Shown: positions 26,612-35,456 of the stretch, piece after piece
How positions within the stretch are numbered: the stretch's first letter is position 1
Layout: the number at the start of each line of letters is the position of its first letter
Origin: an uncultured Sphingopyxis sp.
GTDB lineage: Bacteria; Pseudomonadota; Alphaproteobacteria; Sphingomonadales; Sphingomonadaceae
Assembly (NCBI GenBank): GCA_963545025.1
Contig: CAUUIU010000001.1
Coordinates: 1 to 42,484, forward strand
Direction: 5' to 3'
Length of the DNA: 42,484 nucleotides
The notes under the pieces: model-generated
The model's input: only the letters and a program-made list of their open reading frames with translations
Databases searched by the model: none
What the model was told of the DNA's origin: nothing
Made by a program: the position numbers and the translations under genes

Positions 26612-26637
26612 CGTCGTCACTCCTGAAAATCCGGGGA

Positions 26638-26670
26638 AATGCGAAAGGGCGAGGCCGTGAAGCCCCGCCC
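26638..26670 (-). terminator. Terminator or attenuator after the coat gene
   Basis: GGGCGGGGC-TTCACG-GCCTCGCCC followed by TTTCGCATTT. Confidence 0.65.
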
Positions 26671-26675
26671 GATCA

Positions 26676-27944
26676 TCACGCCTGGTTGAACGCCATAGCG
26701 CCTGCCAGTTCGGGGTTCGTCAGCGCCGTCCCGAAGTCGATGTCCCATCGGGCCTTGACGTCGAGCGTGTTGATGTTGCCCTGCCGGGTGTACTGGATCG
26801 CGATGCCCAGCTTCGGCGTCGTGGCGCGCATCGTTTCCCAGCCATCCTGCGGGTCGACCGTGAACGAGCCGGGCAGGAGAAGCAGGCTCTGCTTCTTGAA
26901 GAAGGGGTTCAGTTCCGCGGTCGTGGTGTTGAGCCACGTCAGCGCAGCGCCGTTGGCCGGGGTGGCCGAGACGTTCTGATATTCCTTCCCGCCGATGGTG
27001 TTGCCACCGTTCGAGATGATCGCAGGCGCAATCTTGATCACGCCGGCCGAGGGCTTGCCCACGACGCGGAACGTTTTCAGCTTGCCGGTGTCCTGCTTGC
27101 TGATCATGTGCAGCGCGTTGACGCCCGCGATCGTGAAGGCGTCGCCGACCTTGATGTTCGCATAGGTCGTCGCGGTGATGGTCAGGTTCGAGTAGCGGTT
27201 GTCCTGATTGACCTCCTCACCCGACGCTTCGGTATAGGCGCCCTTCGGCTCGAGGAACTGGCCCGCGCCGTTGACCGTGGTCGCGCCGCCGCCTGCCGCA
27301 GCAAGGATGATCGGCTGATCGTCGGTGTAGGCGTTGAAGCCGGCGACGTTCTTGGCGACGAGGCCGGTGGCATAGGCTTCCTGCGAACGGCTCGTAGCTT
27401 CTGCGCGCTTGGCGAGGTCGCCGGTCATGCCGATGGCGGCATCGAGGCCGACCATGAAGGCTCGGTCGCGAACTGGGACGCCGATGCGGGTCATCGCCGC
27501 GCTTGCCTGCGCGAGATCGTCGAAGCCGGTCGGGGCGACCGTGCGCTTGACGAAGATCGAACCTTCGAGAGCGACGCGGTTGCGCAGGGCGACGTTGATG
27601 TCGGAGGCCAGCTTTTCCTTCGCGGCGTCGGCGTATTGGGTGAGGGCCGACGTGTTGCGGAGGTTCTTCGCCGACAGCACCTTCGGGCTCGACTTGTGGA
27701 AGCCGATGCTGACCGGGATCGTCAGCTCGGTCAGGCCGTCGAAGTTGGCGGTCTGGTCGAAGCCATCATAGCTCGAGCCGATCATCGGCGCCGGGATCCA
27801 GAAGCGGTCGCGGGTGTGGACCATCTGCTCGCCGTCGAGCGGCTCATACTTCTTCGCGAGCATGGCGTAGGTCAGGAAATCTTCGAAGCCCTCGACGGTC
27901 TCGTCGAAGACGATGCGCTCTTCTTTGGTGAAACTGGTAACCAT
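26676..27944 (-). CDS. Major capsid protein (P22 coat family)
   Basis: 422 aa; FTKEERIVFDE...KVGDAFTIAGVNA...KQDTGKLKTFRV...ARWDIDFGT...NPELAG; AGAGGAG SD. Confidence 0.93.
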   Translation of the reverse strand: MVTSFTKEERIVFDETVEGFEDFLTYAMLAKKYEPLDGEQMVHTRDRFWIPAPMIGSSYDGFDQTANFDGLTELTIPVSIGFHKSSPKVLSAKNLRNTSALTQYADAAKEKLASDINVALRNRVALEGSIFVKRTVAPTGFDDLAQASAAMTRIGVPVRDRAFMVGLDAAIGMTGDLAKRAEATSRSQEAYATGLVAKNVAGFNAYTDDQPIILAAAGGGATTVNGAGQFLEPKGAYTEASGEEVNQDNRYSNLTITATTYANIKVGDAFTIAGVNALHMISKQDTGKLKTFRVVGKPSAGVIKIAPAIISNGGNTIGGKEYQNVSATPANGAALTWLNTTTAELNPFFKKQSLLLLPGSFTVDPQDGWETMRATTPKLGIAIQYTRQGNINTLDVKARWDIDFGTALTNPELAGAMAFNQA

Positions 27945-28020
27945 GGGAAAACTCCTCTTGGGGTTGTTCCGCTTGGCACTCCCGTTTCAGCCGGAGGTCG
28001 CTGGGTTGCGGATGCGGGGC

Positions 28021-28058
28021 AAACTAGCGCCCCGCATCACGTTCAACATTTCCCCTGA
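28021..28058 (-). promoter_or_regulatory. Late promoter copy B (coat)
   Basis: TCAGGGGAAATG (28058-28047), 20 nt, TAGTTT. Confidence 0.75.
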
Positions 28059-28868
28059 TTACGCTTTTTCGCGCTTCTGGCGGCGATAGGCCTGCAGGGC
28101 GGTGCGATCGCCGGTGCGATCCGCCTCTTTCTCGAGGCGTGCTTCTTCCTTGTCGACGCCGGCACGGGGCGCCGCATTACCGCGCGGGATGCGCTCGGGA
28201 TTGGGCGCCGGGCGCCGCTGACCGCTCTTCATGTTCGTCTCCAGAGTTGCGACCCGGACGATGAACTTCGCCGGGTTCTTGATGCCGACGAGCTCGGCGA
28301 GCTTTTGGGGGTGGCGGCCGAGCGCATAGAGCAGCTTGCCCGCATCGCGTGACGCCTGCGAGATCATGAACTCCTGTGCGGGGGTCAGCGCCTCGCGCGC
28401 CTTGGCGACCATGGCGTCGGCATCGGCGAAGGTGAGCTTCGAGATGCTGGACTGGTACCGCTCGACGTCCTGCCGCGCCTCTTCCTCGGCCGAGGACGGG
28501 GCGGCGTGCTCCGCCGTGGCGGCTGCGATCCTGCGGTCGGTCCAAGCCGTCATCTCCGACTTGAGCTTGTCCTCGTCATAATCGCACCCTTCGAGGGTCG
28601 GCATCTCGCCCACCTCGATCGGGGCCGGGCGCGCCTGCTCGCTGGTTTCTGCCAGCTTGCGCGACAGGGTGGCAATGACGTGGCCCTGATCGTTGATGCG
28701 GGCGCGCAGCCGCTTCGGCAGGTCTTCGTCGTCGCCTTCCTCGTCATCGTCGAGAAATCCGATGTCGTCATCGCCCTCCTCGCTGCCTTCATCGGCATCG
28801 ATGTCGACGTCGGTGTCGACGTCCGCATCGAAATCGCGGTCGTCGTCTTCGGGGTCATTGAAGTGCAT
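28059..28868 (-). CDS. Scaffolding protein
   Basis: Acidic N-terminus; PTLEGCDYDE; LLYALGRHP; basic C-terminal coat-binding helix; between portal and coat. Confidence 0.85.
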   Translation of the reverse strand: MHFNDPEDDDRDFDADVDTDVDIDADEGSEEGDDDIGFLDDDEEGDDEDLPKRLRARINDQGHVIATLSRKLAETSEQARPAPIEVGEMPTLEGCDYDEDKLKSEMTAWTDRRIAAATAEHAAPSSAEEEARQDVERYQSSISKLTFADADAMVAKAREALTPAQEFMISQASRDAGKLLYALGRHPQKLAELVGIKNPAKFIVRVATLETNMKSGQRRPAPNPERIPRGNAAPRAGVDKEEARLEKEADRTGDRTALQAYRRQKREKA

Positions 28869-28912
28869 GTGTACGCTCCTTTACGCGGCGAAAGGCTCGC
28901 CGGGGGCCAACC

Positions 28913-30943
28913 TCAAGGCAGTTCGCTGCCTTTCCGGATTCGGGGCGCGGCAGCGGCGTCGTTCGCGGGCTGCCCGGCTTTGACGAGCGTCTCGATCGTC
29001 TTGGCCTTGGAAAGTTCGGTGTCCGCGTCGGCCTTGCCCTTGAGGGACAGGTCCTTCTCGGCGCCGGCATTGAGAGCGTTCGCCTGCGCCTCGGCCAACT
29101 GGTCGCCCGGCTGCGGCTGCTGCGACTGCGCTTCGAGTTCGGCCTGCTCTTCCTCGTTGGCTTCGACAGCGCCGATCTGGACGAGACCGCGGCGCACCCA
29201 CGCCTTGAGGTCGGTCATGCCCTCGCCGTCCTGGTTCATCACGGCGGTTCGGATGCAGACCTGAGCGAGTTCCTGATCCTCGGCCTTGATCGCGACCTCG
29301 GCGGTTTTCAGCATCGTGCGCACGGTCTTCTCGCGGCGCGTCGATGTCGCTTCGGACACGGACGCCTGCACCTTGTACTTGGCTTTGACGAAGTCGTTGC
29401 GGACGCGATGCTCGCCCTTGTCGGTGACATAGCGCTCCATCAGCGTCGCTTCGCCGTCGTCGCCGTCGTCGCTCATCGTGTCGACGATGCGGCCCTCGTC
29501 GCCGTAGACCTCGCACGCCATGCCGAGATAGACCTTCGCGGCCCACTTCACCGACTTGCGCATGTTGTCGAGGTTCGAACCGCTCTTCGCATCGACGCGC
29601 GTGGCAGCAACGTCCATGGCATCGACGCTCGTGTTCGCCTTGACCTCGTCGGAGCCGTCCTGATCCTCTTCGGTCAGATATTCGTTCGTGATGCTGAGCA
29701 GCGTGGCGCGGACAGGGGGGATTTCAGGCGGCTTGAGATACCCGATCGGCCCGTTCTGCACGATTTGGCCCGTGACAGGGTCGAGAAGCGGGTTCGCCAG
29801 TGCGAAGGCGTGGCGGTCGATGTGCAACCGCGCCCATTGCTTGTCGAGGCCGCCCGCCATCTGCTCGGGCGCGAAGATCGGCACCTCGCGCGGGCTGAGC
29901 GAATCCTCCTCTGCAAGGCGCGACATGCTGACGTTGAGCGCGCGCTGAAGGTCCATGCGGTCGGCGACCTCGCCCTTCCACCGCTCGATGCCATCGACGA
30001 AGCTGCGCTCGCCATAGACGGGAATGATGGGGATGTTCGGCCCGGCGATGTAACCCTCGTCGCTCAGCACGCCCGAGCCCGAGAGGATGTATTTGTGCAC
30101 GCGCTTGCGCTGCCGGCGCTGGGTCCGATGGTGCCAGCCCGCCTGTTTCTTGTCCTCGATGCCCGCCGCGTCGATCTGGTCGGACCAGAGGCGCTCTTCG
30201 ACACCGGTCAGCGTCTGCGTGAAGATGTGAAGCAGCGTCGCCCTGTGCTCGACCTCGTAATATTCGCAGGCGAGCCAGATTTCCTGAGTGTACCAGTCCC
30301 AGCGCGGGCGCCATGTGCCCTCGGGCCAGCCGCTGAAATCCTCGCCCCACTCCTCCTTGTAGGCGTCGGGCGTGTACGGGATCAGCACGAAGGCGAAGCG
30401 CGCGTCCGACTTGTTATATTTGCGCGACTGCGGATCGAAATAGACGAGCTGGTCGGCGTCGGCGATCAGGATGCCGGGGTTGATGCGCTGATAATCGTTC
30501 TCCGGGTCCTCCTCCTCGGCGAACTCGTTCGACATGCGCCATGCGCCCATACCGCCCGCAGTGGCCTCGTCGAAGGCGTTGTCGAGCGCGTCGATTGCGT
30601 CGAAGTGGTCGCTGTCCGCGCGATAGATGCCGTCGAGCGTGTCGGCGCTCTCCTGATCGGAGCCTTCGCCATTGGGGCGGAAGTCGGGCTCGATGCGATT
30701 CTGCTGGTAGTCCGTCCTGATCTTCTTGACCCGGCGCCCGATCTTCGGGACCTCGACGCGGATGCTGTTCTCGAACTGCTCGCCCCAGGCTCCCTCCCAC
30801 TGCGCACCGGGGATCGCGACGAAGCGGCGAGCGATCAGCGCTTGGAGTCGCATCTCCTGCTGCGGGATCGCCGTATCGTCGAACCTGCGCATGGCGCGGC
30901 GGTGAAGCTCGTGGAGCTTGTCGGATTTCGGTTCGTCGGACAC
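28913..30943 (-). CDS. Portal protein (P22 family)
   Basis: GTG 30943 (MSDEPK); IPGAQWEG...AFDEATAGGMGAWR...IPIIPVYG; Gln-rich barrel C-terminus. Confidence 0.92.
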   Translation of the reverse strand: MSDEPKSDKLHELHRRAMRRFDDTAIPQQEMRLQALIARRFVAIPGAQWEGAWGEQFENSIRVEVPKIGRRVKKIRTDYQQNRIEPDFRPNGEGSDQESADTLDGIYRADSDHFDAIDALDNAFDEATAGGMGAWRMSNEFAEEEDPENDYQRINPGILIADADQLVYFDPQSRKYNKSDARFAFVLIPYTPDAYKEEWGEDFSGWPEGTWRPRWDWYTQEIWLACEYYEVEHRATLLHIFTQTLTGVEERLWSDQIDAAGIEDKKQAGWHHRTQRRQRKRVHKYILSGSGVLSDEGYIAGPNIPIIPVYGERSFVDGIERWKGEVADRMDLQRALNVSMSRLAEEDSLSPREVPIFAPEQMAGGLDKQWARLHIDRHAFALANPLLDPVTGQIVQNGPIGYLKPPEIPPVRATLLSITNEYLTEEDQDGSDEVKANTSVDAMDVAATRVDAKSGSNLDNMRKSVKWAAKVYLGMACEVYGDEGRIVDTMSDDGDDGEATLMERYVTDKGEHRVRNDFVKAKYKVQASVSEATSTRREKTVRTMLKTAEVAIKAEDQELAQVCIRTAVMNQDGEGMTDLKAWVRRGLVQIGAVEANEEEQAELEAQSQQPQPGDQLAEAQANALNAGAEKDLSLKGKADADTELSKAKTIETLVKAGQPANDAAAAPRIRKGSELP

Positions 30944-30950
30944 GCATGCG

Positions 30951-30988
30951 GATGTATCGCCGCGCATGCCGCCCCGCATTTCCCCTGA
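30951..30988 (-). promoter_or_regulatory. Late promoter copy C (portal)
   Basis: TCAGGGGAAATG (30988-30977), 20 nt, TACATC, 7 nt, GTG start. Confidence 0.75.
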
Positions 30989-32545
30989 TTACCGTCCCGC
31001 GACCATCACCGTCTTGGGCGGGGTGACCGGAGGGGGCTTCGCCGGGGCTGGCGGCTTGCTCACCGCGGCGGTCTCGAAGGACTTGTAGCCGTTGCTGAAT
31101 TGGTCGTGGACGGCCTTGTCCTTGAAGATCTTGTACCGATCGTCCCATTCCTTTCGGTACTGGTCGACGCAATCGATCAGGCGGGCACAGCGCACCTCGT
31201 CGAAATAGACATTGGGCAGGAACGCGCGCGATGCCGCGATGCCGTCCGCCTCGACCGCGATGCGGGGCACGGTGCGGATGGGCCTGATCCCGCATTCCTC
31301 GGCATGTTGGCGCCGGCTCTTCGCGTCCTTGCCGAGGCTGCGATGCTCGACGTCGTGCGGCATGCGGTGCTCGCTGTAATTATACGCTTTCCGGTGCTCG
31401 CCGCCCTCGATGTTGCCCGACAGCACCTTGGCATAATGCGCGAAGCCCTCGCCGCTGTTCTCGTAATAGTCGATCGCGCGCTTCTCGAGGCCGACGTCCT
31501 GCCAGAAGGTGATCGCCATCGCATCGCCGATGCCGAGGTCCCATGTCGTGTACACGGGGATGCCGAGTATCGGGATGCGGCAGATGCGGCCCTGCGAGCG
31601 GACGGCCGCCATCTCGCTCTTGAAATAGGCCCCCTCGACGGTGCCTTCGAAGGCTTCCTCGGGGATGGACGGGAACTCCTGCTTCATCTTGTCACCCTGC
31701 TGCTCGCTCTTCTTGATGTACCAGGCGCGCTGTTCGCGATCGAGCGAGACACCCAGCGCTTTCAGCATCGGATGCGACTCGATCTTCGCGAAATAGTCGG
31801 CCATCTCGGCTGTCTCGACGACGTCGGCATCGAGCCGGCAGGACTGGTCGGACCACCAACCCGAGAAGTGGAACTTGAAATCGAGCGCGGTCAGTTCGCT
31901 GCCCTGCTCGAGCAGCTTCTGCGCCTTGTCGCACATCTCCTTGAACTCGCCGGCTCGGCCCTCGGCAGTCGATTCGACAGTGATCCGCATGCCGACCGCG
32001 ATGGTGTTGAACGCGCCTGCCTTCACCTCGGCCGCGCGCTGCGGGTTCTTGGCGCAGAGCTTGCCATATTCGGAGACGTGCAGGATCTGTAGCGTGCCTG
32101 ATCGCAGCGACGTGCCGACGCGGATGCTCGACCCGTTGTTGAACTTCATCGATGCGGCCGCATCCTGCTCGGCGGCGCGCACCTTGCGGAACGGCTCGGG
32201 CAGATTGTCGTACGCGAACTTGATCTTGTCGGCGAAGAACGCCTTCGCATCGTCGAGATTGTGCGCGATCACGCCGCCCGCGGTATCGGGGATGAACAGG
32301 CAATCATCGAGCATGTCGAGCTGGATCAGCGTCGTGAAGCCCTTCTGCCGCGATTTGAGGAGGAGGTCGAGGATATGGCGGTCGGCCATGAACTCCTCCT
32401 GATCCTCGTTCATGCGGAACGGGACCTTCACCCCAAACTTGTTCTTGATGTCATAGAAGCCGCCGCGCAGCCGGGTGAGCTTGTCGGGGAAGCGCCGCCG
32501 CATCTCATCAAGGAACGCGGTCTCAGCCTCCGTCAGAACGGCCAT
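30989..32545 (-). CDS. terL: Terminase large subunit
   Basis: Walker A LKSRQKGFTT, Walker B LHVSEYG, ESTAEG coupling motif, nuclease WDLGIGD...MPHD. Confidence 0.95.
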   Translation of the reverse strand: MAVLTEAETAFLDEMRRRFPDKLTRLRGGFYDIKNKFGVKVPFRMNEDQEEFMADRHILDLLLKSRQKGFTTLIQLDMLDDCLFIPDTAGGVIAHNLDDAKAFFADKIKFAYDNLPEPFRKVRAAEQDAAASMKFNNGSSIRVGTSLRSGTLQILHVSEYGKLCAKNPQRAAEVKAGAFNTIAVGMRITVESTAEGRAGEFKEMCDKAQKLLEQGSELTALDFKFHFSGWWSDQSCRLDADVVETAEMADYFAKIESHPMLKALGVSLDREQRAWYIKKSEQQGDKMKQEFPSIPEEAFEGTVEGAYFKSEMAAVRSQGRICRIPILGIPVYTTWDLGIGDAMAITFWQDVGLEKRAIDYYENSGEGFAHYAKVLSGNIEGGEHRKAYNYSEHRMPHDVEHRSLGKDAKSRRQHAEECGIRPIRTVPRIAVEADGIAASRAFLPNVYFDEVRCARLIDCVDQYRKEWDDRYKIFKDKAVHDQFSNGYKSFETAAVSKPPAPAKPPPVTPPKTVMVAGR

Positions 32546-32975
32546 TGAACCACTCGTTCAGCGAGCCGGGCAGGTTGAACTCATGCACCGACTTGTCCCG
32601 CCACTCCTGCGAGCGCCGATTCTTGAGCCAGTTGAACGCCGCGCCGGGATCGGGCGGGACATGCTCGGTAATCTCCGCGCGCACAATTGTGCCAGCGTTT
32701 TGAAAGACTTTCTCGCTTTCATACGAATATCCGACCGCTCGCTGATACAGCGCACGGGCGACGCGCTCGTCGGCTGCGTCCTTTCCGACCATGACCGACT
32801 GACAAAATTCCTCGTGCGTGTTGCGCCAGCGGTAGATCGTGCGGACGTCGACACCGAAGAAATCGGCAAGCTCAAGGTCGGTCGCGCCAAGCTGGCAGAG
32901 CTTCTTCGCCTGCTCCGCGAACTCGGGCTTGTACGGGCTGGGGCGGCCCGCGCCTTTTTCGTTTTCATCGCTCAT
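32523..32975 (-). CDS. terS: Terminase small subunit
   Basis: GRPSPYKPEF...LGATDLELADFFGV...TIYRW HTH; ALYQRAVGY...PPDPGAAFNWLKNR. Confidence 0.9.
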   Translation of the reverse strand: MSDENEKGAGRPSPYKPEFAEQAKKLCQLGATDLELADFFGVDVRTIYRWRNTHEEFCQSVMVGKDAADERVARALYQRAVGYSYESEKVFQNAGTIVRAEITEHVPPDPGAAFNWLKNRRSQEWRDKSVHEFNLPGSLNEWFNGRSDGG

Positions 32976-33280
32976 TCGAAAATCGCCTCGGTCTGGTCGG
33001 TGCCGCATGCCATGCACACGATGCGAAACTTGGCGCGCCGGATATAGGCGGTGAGCGCTTCGCTCCCACACTCGCACCGGAAATAATCGTCGCCCTCCGC
33101 GGCGCCAAACAGGAACTTGATGTGGCCCTTCATCAGCCCGCACGACGGGCATTCGAGGATGGTCGCGCCGGTCGGTACGACCCCGTGCCATTCGTGGCGG
33201 CATCCCAGGCAGACGCATGGCCCCTCCCAGTGGGGCTGCCGCTCTTCCTTCGCCTGCTGGAATGAAATGACCTCGCTCAT
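32972..33280 (-). CDS. Cys-rich Zn-finger protein (first late gene)
   Basis: MSEVISF...CLGC...CPSC...CECG...CMAC; coupled to terS. Confidence 0.7.
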   Translation of the reverse strand: MSEVISFQQAKEERQPHWEGPCVCLGCRHEWHGVVPTGATILECPSCGLMKGHIKFLFGAAEGDDYFRCECGSEALTAYIRRAKFRIVCMACGTDQTEAIFE

Positions 33281-33618
33281 TATGCTTCCTCTACGACTGG
33301 CGCCGACTTGGCGCATTTCCCCTGAATGCGGAGCTTCTCGAGCCTGCGGCGCGCGGACTTCTCGGACACGCCGAGCTTCTTCGCGAGCCGGATGACCCCG
33401 CGCGGCGAGGTTTGCACCCGGAGCAATTCGCGATCCTCGGCCTTCGTCCACGCATGCGTCCGATTGGGACCGCGGCGCTTTTCGCGGCGGATCAGTTCGG
33501 CGACGAGATCGCTCTCCTCGGGGCGCAGGGCGCGGCAACGCTCGATGCGCTCGACCAATTCGAGCACGAGCTTCTCGCCTTCCGCTGCGACGCCGAAGAG
33601 GTGCAGGCTCATGCTCAA
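33280..33618 (-). CDS. Putative late transcription activator (GcrA/Myb-like HTH)
   Basis: WTKAEDRELL...LAKKLGVSEKSARRRLEKL; last early gene, in the lambda Q position. Confidence 0.6.
   Translation of the reverse strand: MSMSLHLFGVAAEGEKLVLELVERIERCRALRPEESDLVAELIRREKRRGPNRTHAWTKAEDRELLRVQTSPRGVIRLAKKLGVSEKSARRRLEKLRIQGKCAKSAPVVEEA
33288..33325 (-). promoter_or_regulatory. Late promoter copy D (packaging operon), inside the activator gene
   Basis: TCAGGGGAAATG (33325-33314), 20 nt, TAGAGG, 7 nt, ATG 33280. Confidence 0.72.
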
Positions 33619-33658
33619 TGGGCTCCTGCTGCGGTGGGGGTGGCGGCGGGGCTGCGGC

Positions 33659-33820
33659 TCATAGCGGCAAATCGTCCTGCTTCGGCTCGGGCTCTTGGCG
33701 TCCGGTGCTGATCGGGCGCAGGTTCCCCGCGTCGTCGACGATCCATTTCATGCCGGTCTTGCCCTCGGCCGCACGCTTCGCGTTGTATTTCGCGGCGAGG
33801 GCTTTCGCGTCCTCATTCAT
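33659..33820 (-). CDS. Small hypothetical protein (53 aa)
   Basis: MNEDAKALAAKYNAKRAAEGKTGMKWIVDDAGNLRP...; not in the ORF track. Confidence 0.55.
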   Translation of the reverse strand: MNEDAKALAAKYNAKRAAEGKTGMKWIVDDAGNLRPISTGRQEPEPKQDDLPL

Positions 33821-34304
33821 CGCGGGTCGCCTGGTTGGCGCTGAGGCTGGACACGAGGCCGCGCATCATCTCGGCCACCGCGGCGCGATCGTCGGGCTCG
33901 GGCGTCCGATGGGCGGCGATCCGCAGCGCGTTGCGGTTCGCCCATTCCGATTCCTCGCGGGCAAGCCGGCGCCGAAGCTGTCCGGCATAGGGCTCGCTTT
34001 CGCGGATGATGGTCGGCACGAGGCGCGCGGGATGCTCAACCACCCTGCGGGCCGCGGCGCAGGCATCGAGGAACGCGGCGGCAGGGATGGCCTGCACCTC
34101 GGCCCATGCAGCGCTGAGCCACGTTCCGCGCTCCTCACTGGACATTCCCGATGGAGCGCAGAGGGTCAGGCAGCGCGCCAGTTCGGTGATCGCCGAGGCG
34201 CGCGGCAGCGGGGTCGCATCCCTCCGTGCCGCCTGTAAGCTCAAGGGCTCGTTGGACGGCGTCGACGGTCGATGCTGCGCCATATCGATTGGCAGACTGG
34301 CCAT
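33813..34304 (-). CDS. Replication protein, helicase-loader-like (lambda P position)
   Basis: GGAG SD; WLSAAW...IPAAAFLDACAAARR...PARLVPTI; follows the initiator. Confidence 0.55.
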   Translation of the reverse strand: MASLPIDMAQHRPSTPSNEPLSLQAARRDATPLPRASAITELARCLTLCAPSGMSSEERGTWLSAAWAEVQAIPAAAFLDACAAARRVVEHPARLVPTIIRESEPYAGQLRRRLAREESEWANRNALRIAAHRTPEPDDRAAVAEMMRGLVSSLSANQATRDE

Positions 34305-35010
34305 TTTGACGGCTCCTTTCGGTTTGCAGGGCCTTGGTGACCCATTCGACAGGTTCGGACGGGCGCTCGACTTGGCATCGAGAAAGGGCCGTCAGGACTT
34401 CGCTGTCGGAATAGTCCTTGCGCCACCGGCCAAGCATCGAGCGGGCCTCGCGGTCGGAGCGACCGGATGCCGTGAGGATGCTGACGCCAGTGTCGAATAT
34501 CGCTTTCTGGACATCGATCGCAGACGGAAGGGCGAGCGGCGTTTCGCCCGAACCGTTAGGTTCGGAACTCCTACTCCCTCCTCCATCCTCCATCTGCGGA
34601 GACTTTTCCCCATCGGTGGGGAACTGCTTCCGAACTTCGTTCTCTTCATCCTGTTGCGGTTCGGAACTGCGGCCTGCAAAGGCGAGAGCTTCGGACGGGG
34701 CAGGATAGAGGTCGTTCGGCTTCTTAGGGCGTTGAAATTTCGCGAAATTCTTTACAACGCCATAGGCTTTTCCGTCGATTTCGTAACGGCGGACGCTCCC
34801 AGCGGCCTCGATCTCGGCGAGCAAGGCGCTCGCGTCGATGTTATCGGCGGGAAGGATGCGCATTTTCAGTTGAAGGGGCGACCAGGCGAAGATGCCCTTG
34901 TCGTCGCACTCGTTCCAGATGCCGATGTAAAGCAGGCGCGCGAAGGGCGTCATCGCGACGAACTCGACATCGGTCCAGAGGCCGGGGTGGATTGATCGAA
35001 TACGGCTCAT
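34135..35010 (-). CDS. Replication initiator (lambda O-like)
   Basis: MSRIRSIHPGLWTD...ARLLYIGIWNECDDKG...LKMRILPAD...NFAKFQRP; internal iterons. Confidence 0.85.
   Translation of the reverse strand: MSRIRSIHPGLWTDVEFVAMTPFARLLYIGIWNECDDKGIFAWSPLQLKMRILPADNIDASALLAEIEAAGSVRRYEIDGKAYGVVKNFAKFQRPKKPNDLYPAPSEALAFAGRSSEPQQDEENEVRKQFPTDGEKSPQMEDGGGSRSSEPNGSGETPLALPSAIDVQKAIFDTGVSILTASGRSDREARSMLGRWRKDYSDSEVLTALSRCQVERPSEPVEWVTKALQTERSRQNGQSANRYGAASTVDAVQRALELTGGTEGCDPAAARLGDHRTGALPDPLRSIGNVQ
34548..34668. repeat. Putative replication origin iterons
   Basis: GGTTCGGAACT at 34559 and 34658; variants at 34615 and 34626; palindrome CCGAACC-N4-GGTTCGG at 34548-34565. Confidence 0.6.
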
Positions 35011-35456
35011 GCGAACTCTGCCTCCCAAATTTGATGGTTGGCACTCGCCAAGTAATTTTCGTCGCTCATCTCCGGATAAGACGAGGCTTTCGCGAGGATC
35101 ACGTCGGAGATCGCGATATCCAGCTCTTCCGCAGTCGTCAGACGCTTCGCGGCGCCATATCCGGAGAGGTAGTAGATGAAGTCGCGCAGCTTGAAATCCG
35201 CATCAAACCACTCACCATGAAGGCGGAGCGGGGCGAAGGTGTCATGGAATTTGCGCTCAAGGTCGAGCGTGCCTTCGACATATCCGAAGATATCCAGTTC
35301 GATGGGCGAAGAGGCCTGAATTTGCCGGACTCTTTTCCAAACATCTCCGCCTGTGAACCCGATCTTGCAGACCAGTCCGTGGCGCGTGCTGCCTACGAGG
35401 AAGTAGACGATCCCGTGATAAGGCGTCCCTCTGTTGCGGAAATTTATGTTGCTCAC
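35007..35456 (-). CDS. GIY-YIG / T5orf172-domain protein
   Basis: IVYFL...KIGFT...RVRQIQ...LERKFHDTF...RLHGEWF. Confidence 0.85.
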   Translation of the reverse strand: MSNINFRNRGTPYHGIVYFLVGSTRHGLVCKIGFTGGDVWKRVRQIQASSPIELDIFGYVEGTLDLERKFHDTFAPLRLHGEWFDADFKLRDFIYYLSGYGAAKRLTTAEELDIAISDVILAKASSYPEMSDENYLASANHQIWEAEFA

